Source: Spirochaetia bacterium (GTDB lineage Bacteria > Spirochaetota > Spirochaetia > CAKZLE01). From it: DNA of 64,000 nucleotides. The notes under the pieces were generated by a model, which saw only the letters and a program-made list of their open reading frames with translations, did no database searches and was not told the origin of the DNA. Position numbers and translations under genes: made by a program. The stretch is taken from the NCBI GenBank assembly GCA_963677595.1, contig OY782041.1:2272001-2336000 (forward strand). Reading direction: 5' to 3'. Below are positions 1 through 9,312 of this stretch, piece after piece (within the stretch, counting starts at the first letter, position 1; every line of letters starts with the position of its first letter).

Positions 1-2
1 TC

Positions 3-893
3 AATGGTATCAGTTTTACATTGAAGCCGGGGGAAACAATAGGGCTTGTTGGCGAGACCGGTGCGGGGAAGACTACGACTGCATTGGGTATCTTGGGACT
101 GGTCCCGGATCCCCCTGGAAGGGTAGTAGGAGGAGAGATCCTCCTGAAAGGTGAGAATCTGCTGCATAAAAGTGCTAAGGATATGCAGAAGATCAGAGGG
201 AAAGAAATCTCAATGATCTTCCAGGATCCAATGACTTCTTTGAATCCATTGCAGACTGTTGGTGATCAGATCATGGAAGTTGTTAGACTACATAATAAAT
301 GTTCACGGGAAGAAGCTAGTAACCGAGCGAAGGAGATGCTTGAGCTTGTAGGGATTTCTGGTGACCGGTTCCTTGATTTTCCGCACCAGTTCTCCGGCGG
401 TATGAAACAACGTGCTATGATCGCTATCGCATTGAGCTGTAATCCGGGTCTCTTGATAGCGGATGAACCTACAACCGCCCTAGATGTTACGATTCAAGCC
501 CAGGTATTGGAACTCCTGAACGATCTTCGGGAAAAATATAATACATCTGTCCTGATGATAACTCACGATCTTGGTGTTGTTGCGGAGGTATGTGACAAAG
601 TCATGATCATGTATGCCGGGTACATAATGGAGATAGGCACGGTCAAGGATGTTTACACGAATCCATTGCATCCCTATACCATTGGGTTGTTTGGGTCTCT
701 ACCAGACCTGGAAAACGAGACTGATAGGCTCAAAGCAATTAAAGGCCTTATGCCTGACCCTACTGACCTTCCTTGCGGATGTAAATTCAATCCTCGATGT
801 ACCTGCGGTCGAGAAGCGTGCAAGACAGAGGAGCGACAGCTCATAGAAGTCACCCCCGGTCATTTCGTGCGTTGCGGGCAGTATCTATCTTAA
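3..893 (+). CDS. oppD: Oligopeptide/dipeptide ABC transporter ATP-binding subunit (OppD/DppD family), 5'-partial
   Basis: Walker A GETGAGKT, FQDPMTSLNP, FSGGMKQR, ADEPTTALD and C-terminal oligo_HPY motif (HPYT...CKFNPRC). The frame is open back to the window edge (NGISFTL). Confidence 0.93.
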   Translation, partial: NGISFTLKPGETIGLVGETGAGKTTTALGILGLVPDPPGRVVGGEILLKGENLLHKSAKDMQKIRGKEISMIFQDPMTSLNPLQTVGDQIMEVVRLHNKCSREEASNRAKEMLELVGISGDRFLDFPHQFSGGMKQRAMIAIALSCNPGLLIADEPTTALDVTIQAQVLELLNDLREKYNTSVLMITHDLGVVAEVCDKVMIMYAGYIMEIGTVKDVYTNPLHPYTIGLFGSLPDLENETDRLKAIKGLMPDPTDLPCGCKFNPRCTCGREACKTEERQLIEVTPGHFVRCGQYLS

Positions 894-906
894 GAGGAGA
901 ATCAGC

Positions 907-1914
907 ATGGGTACAATACTATCAGTAAAGGGACTTAAGAAATATTTTGACACGAAGCACGGCCTACTCCATGCAGTTGACGGAGTCACCTTTGATCTTG
1001 AAGAAGGAAAGACTCTCGGTGTTGTGGGTGAGTCAGGCTGTGGTAAATCCACGTTAGGGCGTGCTTTGATCCATCTGCTTACGCCAACTGATGGGCAGAT
1101 CATTTTCAAAGGGAAAGACATCTCTACCGTTTCAAAGAAACAGACCAAAGAATTAAGAAAAGAGATGCCAATGATCTTCCAAGATCCTTTTTCGTCAATC
1201 AATCCTCGTAAGACGGTCAGTTCGACAATCGGAGAGCCTTTGAAGATTTATAAGAAGTGTAGGACGAAGGCAGAATTACAGGAAAAAGTAAAGGAATTGA
1301 TGGATACAGTAGGATTGGCAGAGCGTACGACCTATTCGTATCCTCATGAGCTAGACGGTGGTCGACGTCAGAGGATCGGTATTGCCAGAGCTCTTGCCCT
1401 GGACCCGAAACTGATCGTGTGTGACGAGCCTGTATCAGCGTTGGATGTGTCTATTCAGGCACAGATCCTGAATCTTATGATGGACCTGCAGGAGAAGAAT
1501 GGGATTACGTATATCTTCATCACTCATGACTTGAGTGTGGTAAAGCATATATCTGATGACATTCTTGTGATGTACTTGGGAATGATGGCAGAGAAGAGCC
1601 CGACGAATGACCTGTTCAGGAACCCGTTACATCCATATACCAAGGCTCTTTTATCTGCGATTCCAGTTGCTAAATATCGCGAGAATAAGCATGAGCGTAT
1701 TATCCTGAAAGGAGAGATCACCTCCCCGATCAATCCTGACGAAGGATGCCGTTTTGCCCCTCGCTGTCAGTATGCAAAGGACATCTGTTCCAGCAAGACC
1801 CCTCATATGGAAGAGGTCCTGCCCGGGCACCATGTTTCTTGTCACCTTGTAAGGGAAATCAACCAACTGGATGATGATAATCAAGTTAAACCAATGAAGA
1901 ATGCAGCAATCTAA
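907..1914 (+). CDS. oppF: Oligopeptide/dipeptide ABC transporter ATP-binding subunit (OppF/DppF family)
   Basis: GESGCGKS, FQDPFSSINP, LDGGRRQR, CDEPVSALDVS, HPYT and CRFAPRC motifs. RBS GAGGAG upstream. Confidence 0.93.
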   Translation: MGTILSVKGLKKYFDTKHGLLHAVDGVTFDLEEGKTLGVVGESGCGKSTLGRALIHLLTPTDGQIIFKGKDISTVSKKQTKELRKEMPMIFQDPFSSINPRKTVSSTIGEPLKIYKKCRTKAELQEKVKELMDTVGLAERTTYSYPHELDGGRRQRIGIARALALDPKLIVCDEPVSALDVSIQAQILNLMMDLQEKNGITYIFITHDLSVVKHISDDILVMYLGMMAEKSPTNDLFRNPLHPYTKALLSAIPVAKYRENKHERIILKGEITSPINPDEGCRFAPRCQYAKDICSSKTPHMEEVLPGHHVSCHLVREINQLDDDNQVKPMKNAAI

Positions 1915-1943
1915 CAATGTTGTATCTAATGTAGGAGATAGTT

Positions 1944-3077
1944 ATGGAATTTAGGGGTTATTTAAATGCAGATGGCAGTGTTGGCTGCCGAAATCATGTA
2001 GTGGTACTTGCTCCGGTACAGCAGGCCAGTATTGCAGCTGCTAAGGTAGCGAGCCTTGTTGATGTCGTACCGGTTACCATGACTAATACGTATGGTATGG
2101 GTGAAGATCGAGCCCAACTCGAAAGGACGCTATTAAACTTCGCCGAGAATCCAAATATAGCGAGTATCCTCATACTGGATTGGAAACGGGATGTAGGACG
2201 ACGTATGGCTGAGAAAATAACAAATAAGCCTGTAGAGTTCGTTGATTTGCCTGATTTCGGCGGAACAATCGGTGGTGTTGCACGTAGTGTTGAACTCGCT
2301 CAGAAATTAGTAGATAAAGCTTCAATGAGACAGCGTCAATCAGTTCCACTCAGTAAGTTGATTACAGGTACCCATTGTTCCGGTACCGATGCTTCTACAA
2401 GTCTTTGTGCAAATCCTGTCGTGGGGGTCGTGTCTGATAAAGTGATTGCAGATGGCGGGACATCTCTTCAGGGAGAACCCAGCGGGCTGTTCGGAGTATT
2501 ATGTTTAGATAAAACTTCTAACAAAGTCAAGAATAAAGTCAATCAGATCATAGACCGTATGGAGAAAGATGCTCAACGTATTGGGTCATCGATAGAGAAG
2601 GGTAATCCCACAAAGACAAATATTCTTGGTGGTATCACAACTATGATCGAGAAGAGTCTGGGATCTATCAGTAAGGGAGGAACATCTCCTCTCCTGGGGG
2701 CATTGAATTACGGGGAGAAGGTTCCCGGACCAGGCAACTGGATCATGGAGACGCCGGGTTTGGATGGAGCTGCACATCACACAGGACTTCTTGCAGGTGG
2801 TGCTCAGGTGATCCTCTTTACCACCGGGGCAGGGCACCCAATCGGCAGTCCCATTGCTCCTACGATTAAGATAACGGGGAACCCTAAAACCTGGGCTGAT
2901 TTCAGGAGTCATACGGATTTCGAATGCTTCAGTGTCATTGAGGGAAAGGAGTCAAAAGAAGAGGCTGGACAGAGACTGTTTGATTTTATGATCGAAGTCT
3001 TGAATGGGAAACTTACCTGTGCGGAAATACTTGGCCATCGAGAGTTCAGCCTGGCACGAATTGGCAGTACGTTATAA
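1944..3077 (+). CDS. UxaA/GarD/SuyB-family dehydratase/lyase, large (beta) subunit
   Basis: N-terminal FRGY..DGSVGCRN, GNPT..NILGG, TMIEKSLG and GAQVILFTTGAGHPIGSPIAPTIKI motifs of the altronate/galactarate dehydratase C-terminal family. Confidence 0.85.
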   Translation: MEFRGYLNADGSVGCRNHVVVLAPVQQASIAAAKVASLVDVVPVTMTNTYGMGEDRAQLERTLLNFAENPNIASILILDWKRDVGRRMAEKITNKPVEFVDLPDFGGTIGGVARSVELAQKLVDKASMRQRQSVPLSKLITGTHCSGTDASTSLCANPVVGVVSDKVIADGGTSLQGEPSGLFGVLCLDKTSNKVKNKVNQIIDRMEKDAQRIGSSIEKGNPTKTNILGGITTMIEKSLGSISKGGTSPLLGALNYGEKVPGPGNWIMETPGLDGAAHHTGLLAGGAQVILFTTGAGHPIGSPIAPTIKITGNPKTWADFRSHTDFECFSVIEGKESKEEAGQRLFDFMIEVLNGKLTCAEILGHREFSLARIGSTL

Positions 3078-3094
3078 TTTTTAGGAGTAAAGAG

Positions 3095-3388
3095 ATGGGA
3101 TCCAAAGAAAAACTAGTGATTTATTTACGGGATGAAGATACTGTTGCGACAGCTATGGAAGAATTGCAGCCGGGTGATGTTGTGGAGATTGGAGACGAGT
3201 CTATAACAATAGAAGATCCGATTCCGTATGGACATAAGTTTGCAACCTCAGAGATGAAGCCAGAGGAATTTGTTATCAAATACGGTGCACCTATCGGGAA
3301 GGTAACAAGCCCAATCAGCCGTGGAAAGCATGTAGATATCCATAATATTGCTGACATTGTACAGGAAGTACGTGCAAAAGTATTTTAG
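3095..3388 (+). CDS. SAF-domain small (alpha) subunit of UxaA-family lyase
   Basis: DTVATA, IPYGHKFA, VIKYGAPIG and GKHVDIHN match the SAF/UxaA N-terminal pattern. Confidence 0.88.
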   Translation: MGSKEKLVIYLRDEDTVATAMEELQPGDVVEIGDESITIEDPIPYGHKFATSEMKPEEFVIKYGAPIGKVTSPISRGKHVDIHNIADIVQEVRAKVF

Positions 3389-3451
3389 AGAATCTCTCAA
3401 TACCTGCTGATGAATTTCAATTGAATCTGAATGAAGGGGGAAGTTAGGAAT

Positions 3452-3913
3452 ATGAATCATGAAAAGAGACTGGCAGAACTTGGTATCACGTTACCAGTAC
3501 CACCTGTGCCGAAAGCCAATTATGTACCTGCACGCAAGAGCGGATCACAGGTGTATATTTCCGGGCAGGTTCCTACAGCGCATGGAAAGGACGTGTACGT
3601 CGGGAAGGTAGGGCAGGATCTGACGCTTGAGGAAGCGCAGAAAGCAGCTGAACTATGTGGAATTAATATCATCGCTCAATTACGCAGTTTCCTTGGCGGG
3701 AGCCTTGATTCTGTGAAAGGGTGTATACGTCTTGGAGGGTTCGTGAACGCCGCCCCTGGTTTCTTTGATCTGCCGAAGGTGATCAACGGTGCTTCTGATC
3801 TTATGGGGGCTGTATTTGGCGAGGGTGGACAGCATGCACGAGTTGCTGTCGGTGCTTTTGCCTTGCCCAGGAATGTGCCTGTAGAGATTGAAGCTATTTT
3901 TGAAATAGAATAA
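3452..3913 (+). CDS. RidA/YjgF family protein (Rid1-like)
   Basis: LAELGITLP..P.ANYVP, ISGQVP, VINGASDL, HARVAVG and VEIE motifs. ATG 3452 preferred; 3431 is possible. Confidence 0.9.
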   Translation: MNHEKRLAELGITLPVPPVPKANYVPARKSGSQVYISGQVPTAHGKDVYVGKVGQDLTLEEAQKAAELCGINIIAQLRSFLGGSLDSVKGCIRLGGFVNAAPGFFDLPKVINGASDLMGAVFGEGGQHARVAVGAFALPRNVPVEIEAIFEIE

Positions 3914-4090
3914 CACGCAATAAATAATCTGGGGAATATTCTCCGTACTTGGTAGAGAGTAGAATATATTACGTCGGAGAATTTACCCGGAGTACTGATA
4001 CAAAGCAAGTTACGTTTTTTATACTAAGCTAAATGAGTAGTTCTGATAATTCGGGATCGAATTTTGGTTTGTTGTTGACGAGGAGAATGT

Positions 4091-4882
4091 ATGGGTTTGG
4101 GTGAGAAAGGACTCTCTGTGAGTGTTATCCAGCTGGGACCAGAATTTGGATGTAAGCAGAAAAATCTTGAAAAATCATCTCACTTGATCCGAAGCGCGGC
4201 TGCTGAAGGTGCAAAATTGATGGTGTTGCCAGAATTATGCAGCACTGGTTATGTATTCCAGAATAAGACTGAGTTGTATGATCTTGCTGAACCTGTACCC
4301 AATGGTCCATCGGTACTATTTTGGGAGAATCTATCATCTGAATTGGATTGTTACATAATTGCCGGAATCGCCGAATTGGATGCTGATGGTATTCGAGTAT
4401 TCAACAGTGTTGTGCTAATTGGCCCAAACGGTTACATCGGGCGGTATAGGAAACTGCATCTATGGGGGGAAGAGAAGCTTTATTTTGAGCCGGGAAATGA
4501 AGGACTGCCTGTATTTTATACTCCCTATTGCAGAATTGGCATGCTGATCTGTTATGATATGTGGTTCCCGGAAGCGTTCCGACTTCTTGCACTTCAGGGT
4601 GTGGACGTTATTTGCTGCTCCTCCAATTGGATTGATCATAGTCCTGCTGAGCCAAGCACTATGGGAGTTGTCCATGCAATGGCAGGCGCAAGTTCCAACA
4701 AAGTATTTGTTGCCGTTTCAAATCGTGTCGGGGCAGAGCGTGGCGCTTTGTTTGCCGGTAATTCCCTAGTGACAGGAACTAATGGAAGGATGTTGGCTGG
4801 CCCAATGAACAATTCCGTAGAAGGCTTTATCACCCAGGAACTTGATATAAAACAATCCCGTGAAATCAAACCTGGTATGTAA
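4091..4882 (+). pseudogene. Carbon-nitrogen hydrolase (nitrilase superfamily amidohydrolase), C-terminally truncated by IS66 insertion
   Basis: Catalytic triad motifs LPE, YRKLHL and ICYD. The reading frame runs into the IS end at 4879, which creates a stop. The missing tail is in frame at 9313-9432. Confidence 0.85.
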
Positions 4883-5026
4883 CTACTCAGGTCCTCGGCT
4901 CTAATAGGTCTGAGCAGGCCTGATTCAGCTACCCCAAAGTTGCAATATTTCTTGTATATATAACGAATTACTGTTGTAATTAAACGCCCAAAATGCCTAT
5001 GACCACAAATAACAGTTGGATTCAGG

Positions 5027-6748
5027 TCAAGCAGACTTTCGAAAGAGCTTGAGGAGCCGTTTTGGCAACCCAGGGTCCTTCACCAATTTCTTGATCTTGG
5101 GATGCACGGTCTGAACCGATTCAGATTCAACCGCCAGCATCTTCCTGATCTTTGCTACATCAATCTGTGCGAACCGCTCTTCCAAACTGGACGCTCCACC
5201 ACATATCAGGTTCAGGTAATCCTGACTGCCAAGATTCCGAACCAATGGTGTTGCTGAGAGCATTGCGGACAGTGTTTTCGTCATGCCGGCATGCCCGCTT
5301 GTTCGGCAATACCCATGCTTTAAGCCTCTAAAAAATTGTTCACAGGAATTATTCGTACGCTGGGGGTAGATCATATAAGTCTCTCCCTGTCGAGTGATGG
5401 GTATCGGAGCCGTGAAGAGCTTCTCCCAATACTTCTCTAACTGCAGCCTCATCTTCAACAACCTGTTCCCCTGCAGACTGTCATCCTTGCACAGTTGCAC
5501 CAGAAACTGTTCCACCTGCTCTTTGATGGTATCGATCTCCCCACTTCCGGGATCATTCAATCCCAACTTGCCGCCGGGTTCCGCAATCCTCATAGCACAT
5601 CGGAGTCGGTCAAAGACCACTACCTTCTTCTGTAGGGATTCATACGCAGTACTAATCTCCCCATCGTACCATACCGGTCTCAATACCGCCAGCACGTCTC
5701 CAGCAAATGAGGACCGTGTATCCAGCTTCATCAGGCGCAGGGTCCTTCTCAGCTCATACAGCCGATTCAGGAAGGATAGGTAGGCCTGGTCAAAGGGGAA
5801 CCCGTACCCATCTCCTACGTTCTTACCGGCGAGTGCCCATTCGATGAGGGTGTACAGGTATGTTTCCTCGGAGTAGGGACTGCCTCCTTTCGGTACCGAT
5901 CTCACATCTGTACTGAAGGCTTCCATGTCCACCAAAGCTCCTGCCTGCGTGGTACGAATCTTTCTCAAGATCGCTCTCAGCTTTGTCTGAATGCCATGAC
6001 AGCGGAATCTACGCCGCAGCCGGTCATGCTCACTCGACAACAGGTCTTTTCCGATGTCCCGGAGGAAGTGAAAATGACAGATATAATCAGGGACATCGGG
6101 AAAAACCTGTGCCACCGCACTGAGTATGCCTGCTCCCATGTCATGTACCAGGGCTGCCGGTTCTCCATAGGCTCGCTTCAACCCATTCAGGAAGGGGATG
6201 ATAGCATCACGCTTTTCGGAGGGGATCTTTACCGAGTTCAGGACGATTGATGAGATCTCATCAAGCCCTACGAACAGATGGGGGCTCTCCCCATCACACG
6301 TCCCGTCAAGATGAAGGATGTATCCTCCTTGATCTTCCAGATGCAGTCGCAGCACCTCACTGCTCTCCCGGTGTGCTACAGCAAGATACCCGATGTATTT
6401 CTTTGTGAGCAGCGCGATCTCACTGGTACTGATGCGGATCCCTCGTGCTTCCAGATGCTCCTGTATCTCTGCCTGACTCCGGCATGCCCGAAAGACGGCT
6501 TCACCGATATAGGTGATCACATCATAGGCAAAGCGGTGCCGTGGCGGGACAAGGGTGCCCAGTTCCGCTGATCCACTGGTATGTCCGCAGTTCGGACAAA
6601 TCAGGATCGTCTCACAAGCCGAGATCGGTCCGATAGCATACAGGACGACGGTTCGCTTTCGTGTCTTCTGCACCTGCATCGTATGCTGACAGCAGGGACA
6701 GGCAGCATCATCCTGCCGGAAGACTACCACCGGAGGTTCTCTGAACAC
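5027..6748 (-). CDS. DDE transposase OrfB of nested IS (Zn-ribbon plus MULE-like DDE); frame open upstream to the A9 run at 6830
   Basis: CPCC and CPNC Zn-finger pairs, then HLDGT (D1), VHDMG (D2), ICHFH (CxxH) and RTNNSCEQFF (E). Lies between the IRs. Confidence 0.88.
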   Translation of the reverse strand: MFREPPVVVFRQDDAACPCCQHTMQVQKTRKRTVVLYAIGPISACETILICPNCGHTSGSAELGTLVPPRHRFAYDVITYIGEAVFRACRSQAEIQEHLEARGIRISTSEIALLTKKYIGYLAVAHRESSEVLRLHLEDQGGYILHLDGTCDGESPHLFVGLDEISSIVLNSVKIPSEKRDAIIPFLNGLKRAYGEPAALVHDMGAGILSAVAQVFPDVPDYICHFHFLRDIGKDLLSSEHDRLRRRFRCHGIQTKLRAILRKIRTTQAGALVDMEAFSTDVRSVPKGGSPYSEETYLYTLIEWALAGKNVGDGYGFPFDQAYLSFLNRLYELRRTLRLMKLDTRSSFAGDVLAVLRPVWYDGEISTAYESLQKKVVVFDRLRCAMRIAEPGGKLGLNDPGSGEIDTIKEQVEQFLVQLCKDDSLQGNRLLKMRLQLEKYWEKLFTAPIPITRQGETYMIYPQRTNNSCEQFFRGLKHGYCRTSGHAGMTKTLSAMLSATPLVRNLGSQDYLNLICGGASSLEERFAQIDVAKIRKMLAVESESVQTVHPKIKKLVKDPGLPKRLLKLFRKSA

Positions 6749-6801
6749 CTGTCGATTCTCAAGCGCATGCTGAACACGCTTCCGGTGATAGATAAACGCC
6801 T

Positions 6802-7464
6802 TTAGGAATCCAGCTGATCCGTTTTTTTTTCCAACAGCCCATGGAACTGCAGTAAGGCCGTGATCTTCCCGGTATCAACCGAGATGCCCTGCCGCTGCAG
6901 ACGGTTCACCCGGTTCTCTAATGCGGTCTCCGGATGCTTGATGAAGTCTGCGAACACCAGGACCGCATCATGATCAGAGATCTTCTGCAATGATGCCTGC
7001 GCTGCTGATGCTTCCCGATTCTCCTGCTGCCTTGCACCGATCTGCTCATCATCACTCAGATACACATACCGGCCGTCAAGTTTCTTTCTTTTCAGCTCGG
7101 GAAGCGCTTTATAATGACTCATGAACGATCGCGGCTCCAAGCCAAGCAGCGTCCCAAGCTCTGCAGAGCTCAACCCTTGCGGAGCATCATTGACCAGGTG
7201 AACGACCGTCTCTTTCAACGTGCCAAACCGGGAAAACCGTATCCCCTTATACTCCCAGAGTCCGTGTTCATCGAACGTCGGGACATCCGGCAGGACATAA
7301 TAGCGCCCGTTGTTATTGTAACTTGTCACGGCACCCCACTGCTTCAGGTACTTCCGGACTGCCGGAACCGAACACTGCAGCAAGGATCTCAACTGTTCGA
7401 TGGTCATCGTCTTCCGTCTGCGAAATGTCTGCATGACCTCATGTTTCAATTCCTGCGGGATCAT
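6802..7464 (-). CDS. OrfA of nested IS, putative HTH DNA-binding protein (220 aa)
   Basis: ATG at 7464 with AGGAGG RBS. HTH-like segments MTIEQLRSLLQCSVPAVRKYL and LSSAELGTLLG. Lies inside the IRs and ends just after the A9 run. Confidence 0.75.
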   Translation of the reverse strand: MIPQELKHEVMQTFRRRKTMTIEQLRSLLQCSVPAVRKYLKQWGAVTSYNNNGRYYVLPDVPTFDEHGLWEYKGIRFSRFGTLKETVVHLVNDAPQGLSSAELGTLLGLEPRSFMSHYKALPELKRKKLDGRYVYLSDDEQIGARQQENREASAAQASLQKISDHDAVLVFADFIKHPETALENRVNRLQRQGISVDTGKITALLQFHGLLEKKTDQLDS

Positions 7465-7475
7465 ACCAGCCTCCT

Positions 7476-7522
7476 GTATTAAGTATATGTTTATAGAATA
7501 CATTATAGCATATACTTAATAC
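7476..7522 (-). promoter_or_regulatory. orfA promoter: extended -10 (TGCTATAAT) enclosed by a 14-bp inverted repeat (putative operator)
   Basis: GTATTAAGTATATG (7476-7489) and CATATACTTAATAC (7509-7522). Minus-strand TATAAT at 7502-7507. Confidence 0.65.
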
Positions 7523-7734
7523 TTTAACCAACCGTTTCTACGGCGTAGTTTCATACTACCCTGCATTTACGGTGCTGTGAAGGAGGTTTTCTTCGATGTC
7601 ATGATTTCATATACTTGATATTTCTGTCTCGCTAAGTCGGTATGTTCTTTTCGCTTCGGTAGTTGCTCTGTTCCAACTGTTATTTGTGGTCATAGCAAAA
7701 TGCTATACTAATTCCTATAAGAGAAAGGAATTAT

Positions 7735-9285
7735 ATGGCATCGAAAGGCTCCAGGAAACAGACTCAAGACACGAAGCAGGTTCCTCAACAAGGGGGTCCT
7801 TCTACGTCTTTGGAGCAGTTGGTTTCCAAGCTTTCAGATCAGATTACTGATCAGGGATCTCTTATCAAGGAACTCACTGCTACAATCAAAGACCTCAAGC
7901 AGATCATTGTTTCCAAAGATGAACGGCTCGCTCAACAGGATGCTGAGATTGCCGCGTTGAAAGAGAAACTGAACAAGAACAGCGGCAACAGTAACAAGCC
8001 GCCAAGTTCTGACTTTTTCACCAAGCCCAAGCCTTCATCGATCAATCGGGGGAAGAAACGGAAGAAGTCTTCTGGTGGTCAGCAGGGGCATACTGGATCT
8101 ACCATGAAGCTCAAGGAAACGCCTGATGTCATCCATCAGTGTCTTCCTGTTGCCTGTAGCGGCTGTGAATACTCTCATACCTGCGAAAGCTCCGTAGTGG
8201 AATCACGCCAGGTGGTGGACATCGTCATCAGGAGCGAACAGAGCCGGTACGATCGGGTTCAACGAAACTGCCCGAAAAGCGGGACCACCCTGACCGGAGC
8301 ATTCCCGGAGGGCGTGCATGCTCCCCAGCAATATGGGAGTAACCTGAAGGCGATGGTAGTCTCCCTCTCCTCATTCGGGATGGTCAGTGCATCACGTATC
8401 AGCGAGATCGTGCATGGACTCACCGGACTGCACATCAGTGATGGGACGGTATGCAACATCATCGCTGACTGTGCCAAACGCTGCACTGAATTACTCCCGG
8501 AATTGCGGGAGCGGGTGAGACGCTCTGCGGTTGCGCATTTCGATGAAACAGGGATTAGGTTCAATTCCAAGATGTATTGGGCGCATACCGCATCCACTGA
8601 GCTGATCACCCTGATACATGCACACCCAAAACGAGGTGTTGAAGGGGTCCTGGCTGGAGGAGTGCTCGAGGAGTTTCCCGGCGTGGCCGTCCATGACTGC
8701 TGGGGATCCTATCTCAAGAAGACGTTTGACGGGGTCACCCATGCTCTATGTGGAGCGCATATTGATCGGGAACTTGAAGGTATCATCCAGAACACGCGAC
8801 AACGCTGGGCGAAATCGTTCAAACGGTTACTTCGTGACATGTATGAGGAGAAGCAACGATTATTGGCTCAAGGTTGTGATCGTGCATCACCTGAGGTGAT
8901 TGCTTCATTCATCAAGAGGTATGAGGAGATTCTTGCAAGAGGATTCTCACGGAACCCCTACCCGAAAGCGAAAAAGAATAAACGGGGAAGACCGAAGAAA
9001 GGGAAGGTCCTGAGTTTTTTGGAACGACTGGGGGCCCTAGTAGACAGTGTCTTGAGATTCTTCACCGACTTCCGAGTGCCGTTCTCCAACAACATCGGTG
9101 AGCGCAGCTTCAGGTTAAGCAAATTGAAGATGAAAGTAGCAGGGACCTTCCGGTCTGAATCTGGTGGCTCTAATTTCTGTACGATCTTCTCGATCATTGA
9201 TACGGTCAGGAAGAATGGCGGAAACCCTTATGAAGCCCTCTCTGCGATATTCACCAACTCATTCTCTCTGTCATTTCTCGACTAA
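7735..9285 (+). CDS. tnpC: IS66-family transposase TnpC
   Basis: N-terminal coiled coil, NSGNSNKPPSSD, GGQQGH, Cys-rich Zn region, HFDETG, VHDCW, HALCGAH and FSNNIGERSFR motifs. Confidence 0.95.
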   Translation: MASKGSRKQTQDTKQVPQQGGPSTSLEQLVSKLSDQITDQGSLIKELTATIKDLKQIIVSKDERLAQQDAEIAALKEKLNKNSGNSNKPPSSDFFTKPKPSSINRGKKRKKSSGGQQGHTGSTMKLKETPDVIHQCLPVACSGCEYSHTCESSVVESRQVVDIVIRSEQSRYDRVQRNCPKSGTTLTGAFPEGVHAPQQYGSNLKAMVVSLSSFGMVSASRISEIVHGLTGLHISDGTVCNIIADCAKRCTELLPELRERVRRSAVAHFDETGIRFNSKMYWAHTASTELITLIHAHPKRGVEGVLAGGVLEEFPGVAVHDCWGSYLKKTFDGVTHALCGAHIDRELEGIIQNTRQRWAKSFKRLLRDMYEEKQRLLAQGCDRASPEVIASFIKRYEEILARGFSRNPYPKAKKNKRGRPKKGKVLSFLERLGALVDSVLRFFTDFRVPFSNNIGERSFRLSKLKMKVAGTFRSESGGSNFCTIFSIIDTVRKNGGNPYEALSAIFTNSFSLSFLD

Positions 9286-9312
9286 TTCTGGGTTGAGGAC
9301 CTGAGTAGTTAC

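Larger units (their letters stand above)
4997..7695 (-). mobile_element. Nested two-ORF insertion sequence (Mutator/IS256-like DDE, family not assigned), 2699 bp
   Basis: Perfect 24-bp IRs CTATGACCACAAATAACAGTTGGA (4997-5020 and 7672-7695), with the 8-bp duplication CAAAATGC (4989-4996, 7696-7703). Confidence 0.95.
4879..9312 (+). mobile_element. IS66-family insertion sequence (single-transposase, ISBst12-like group) carrying a nested IS
   Basis: Perfect 18-bp terminal IRs GTAACTACTCAGGTCCTC (4879-4896 and 9295-9312), flanked by the 8-bp duplication CCTGGTAT (4871-4878, 9313-9320). Contains a TnpC-type transposase. Confidence 0.95.
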
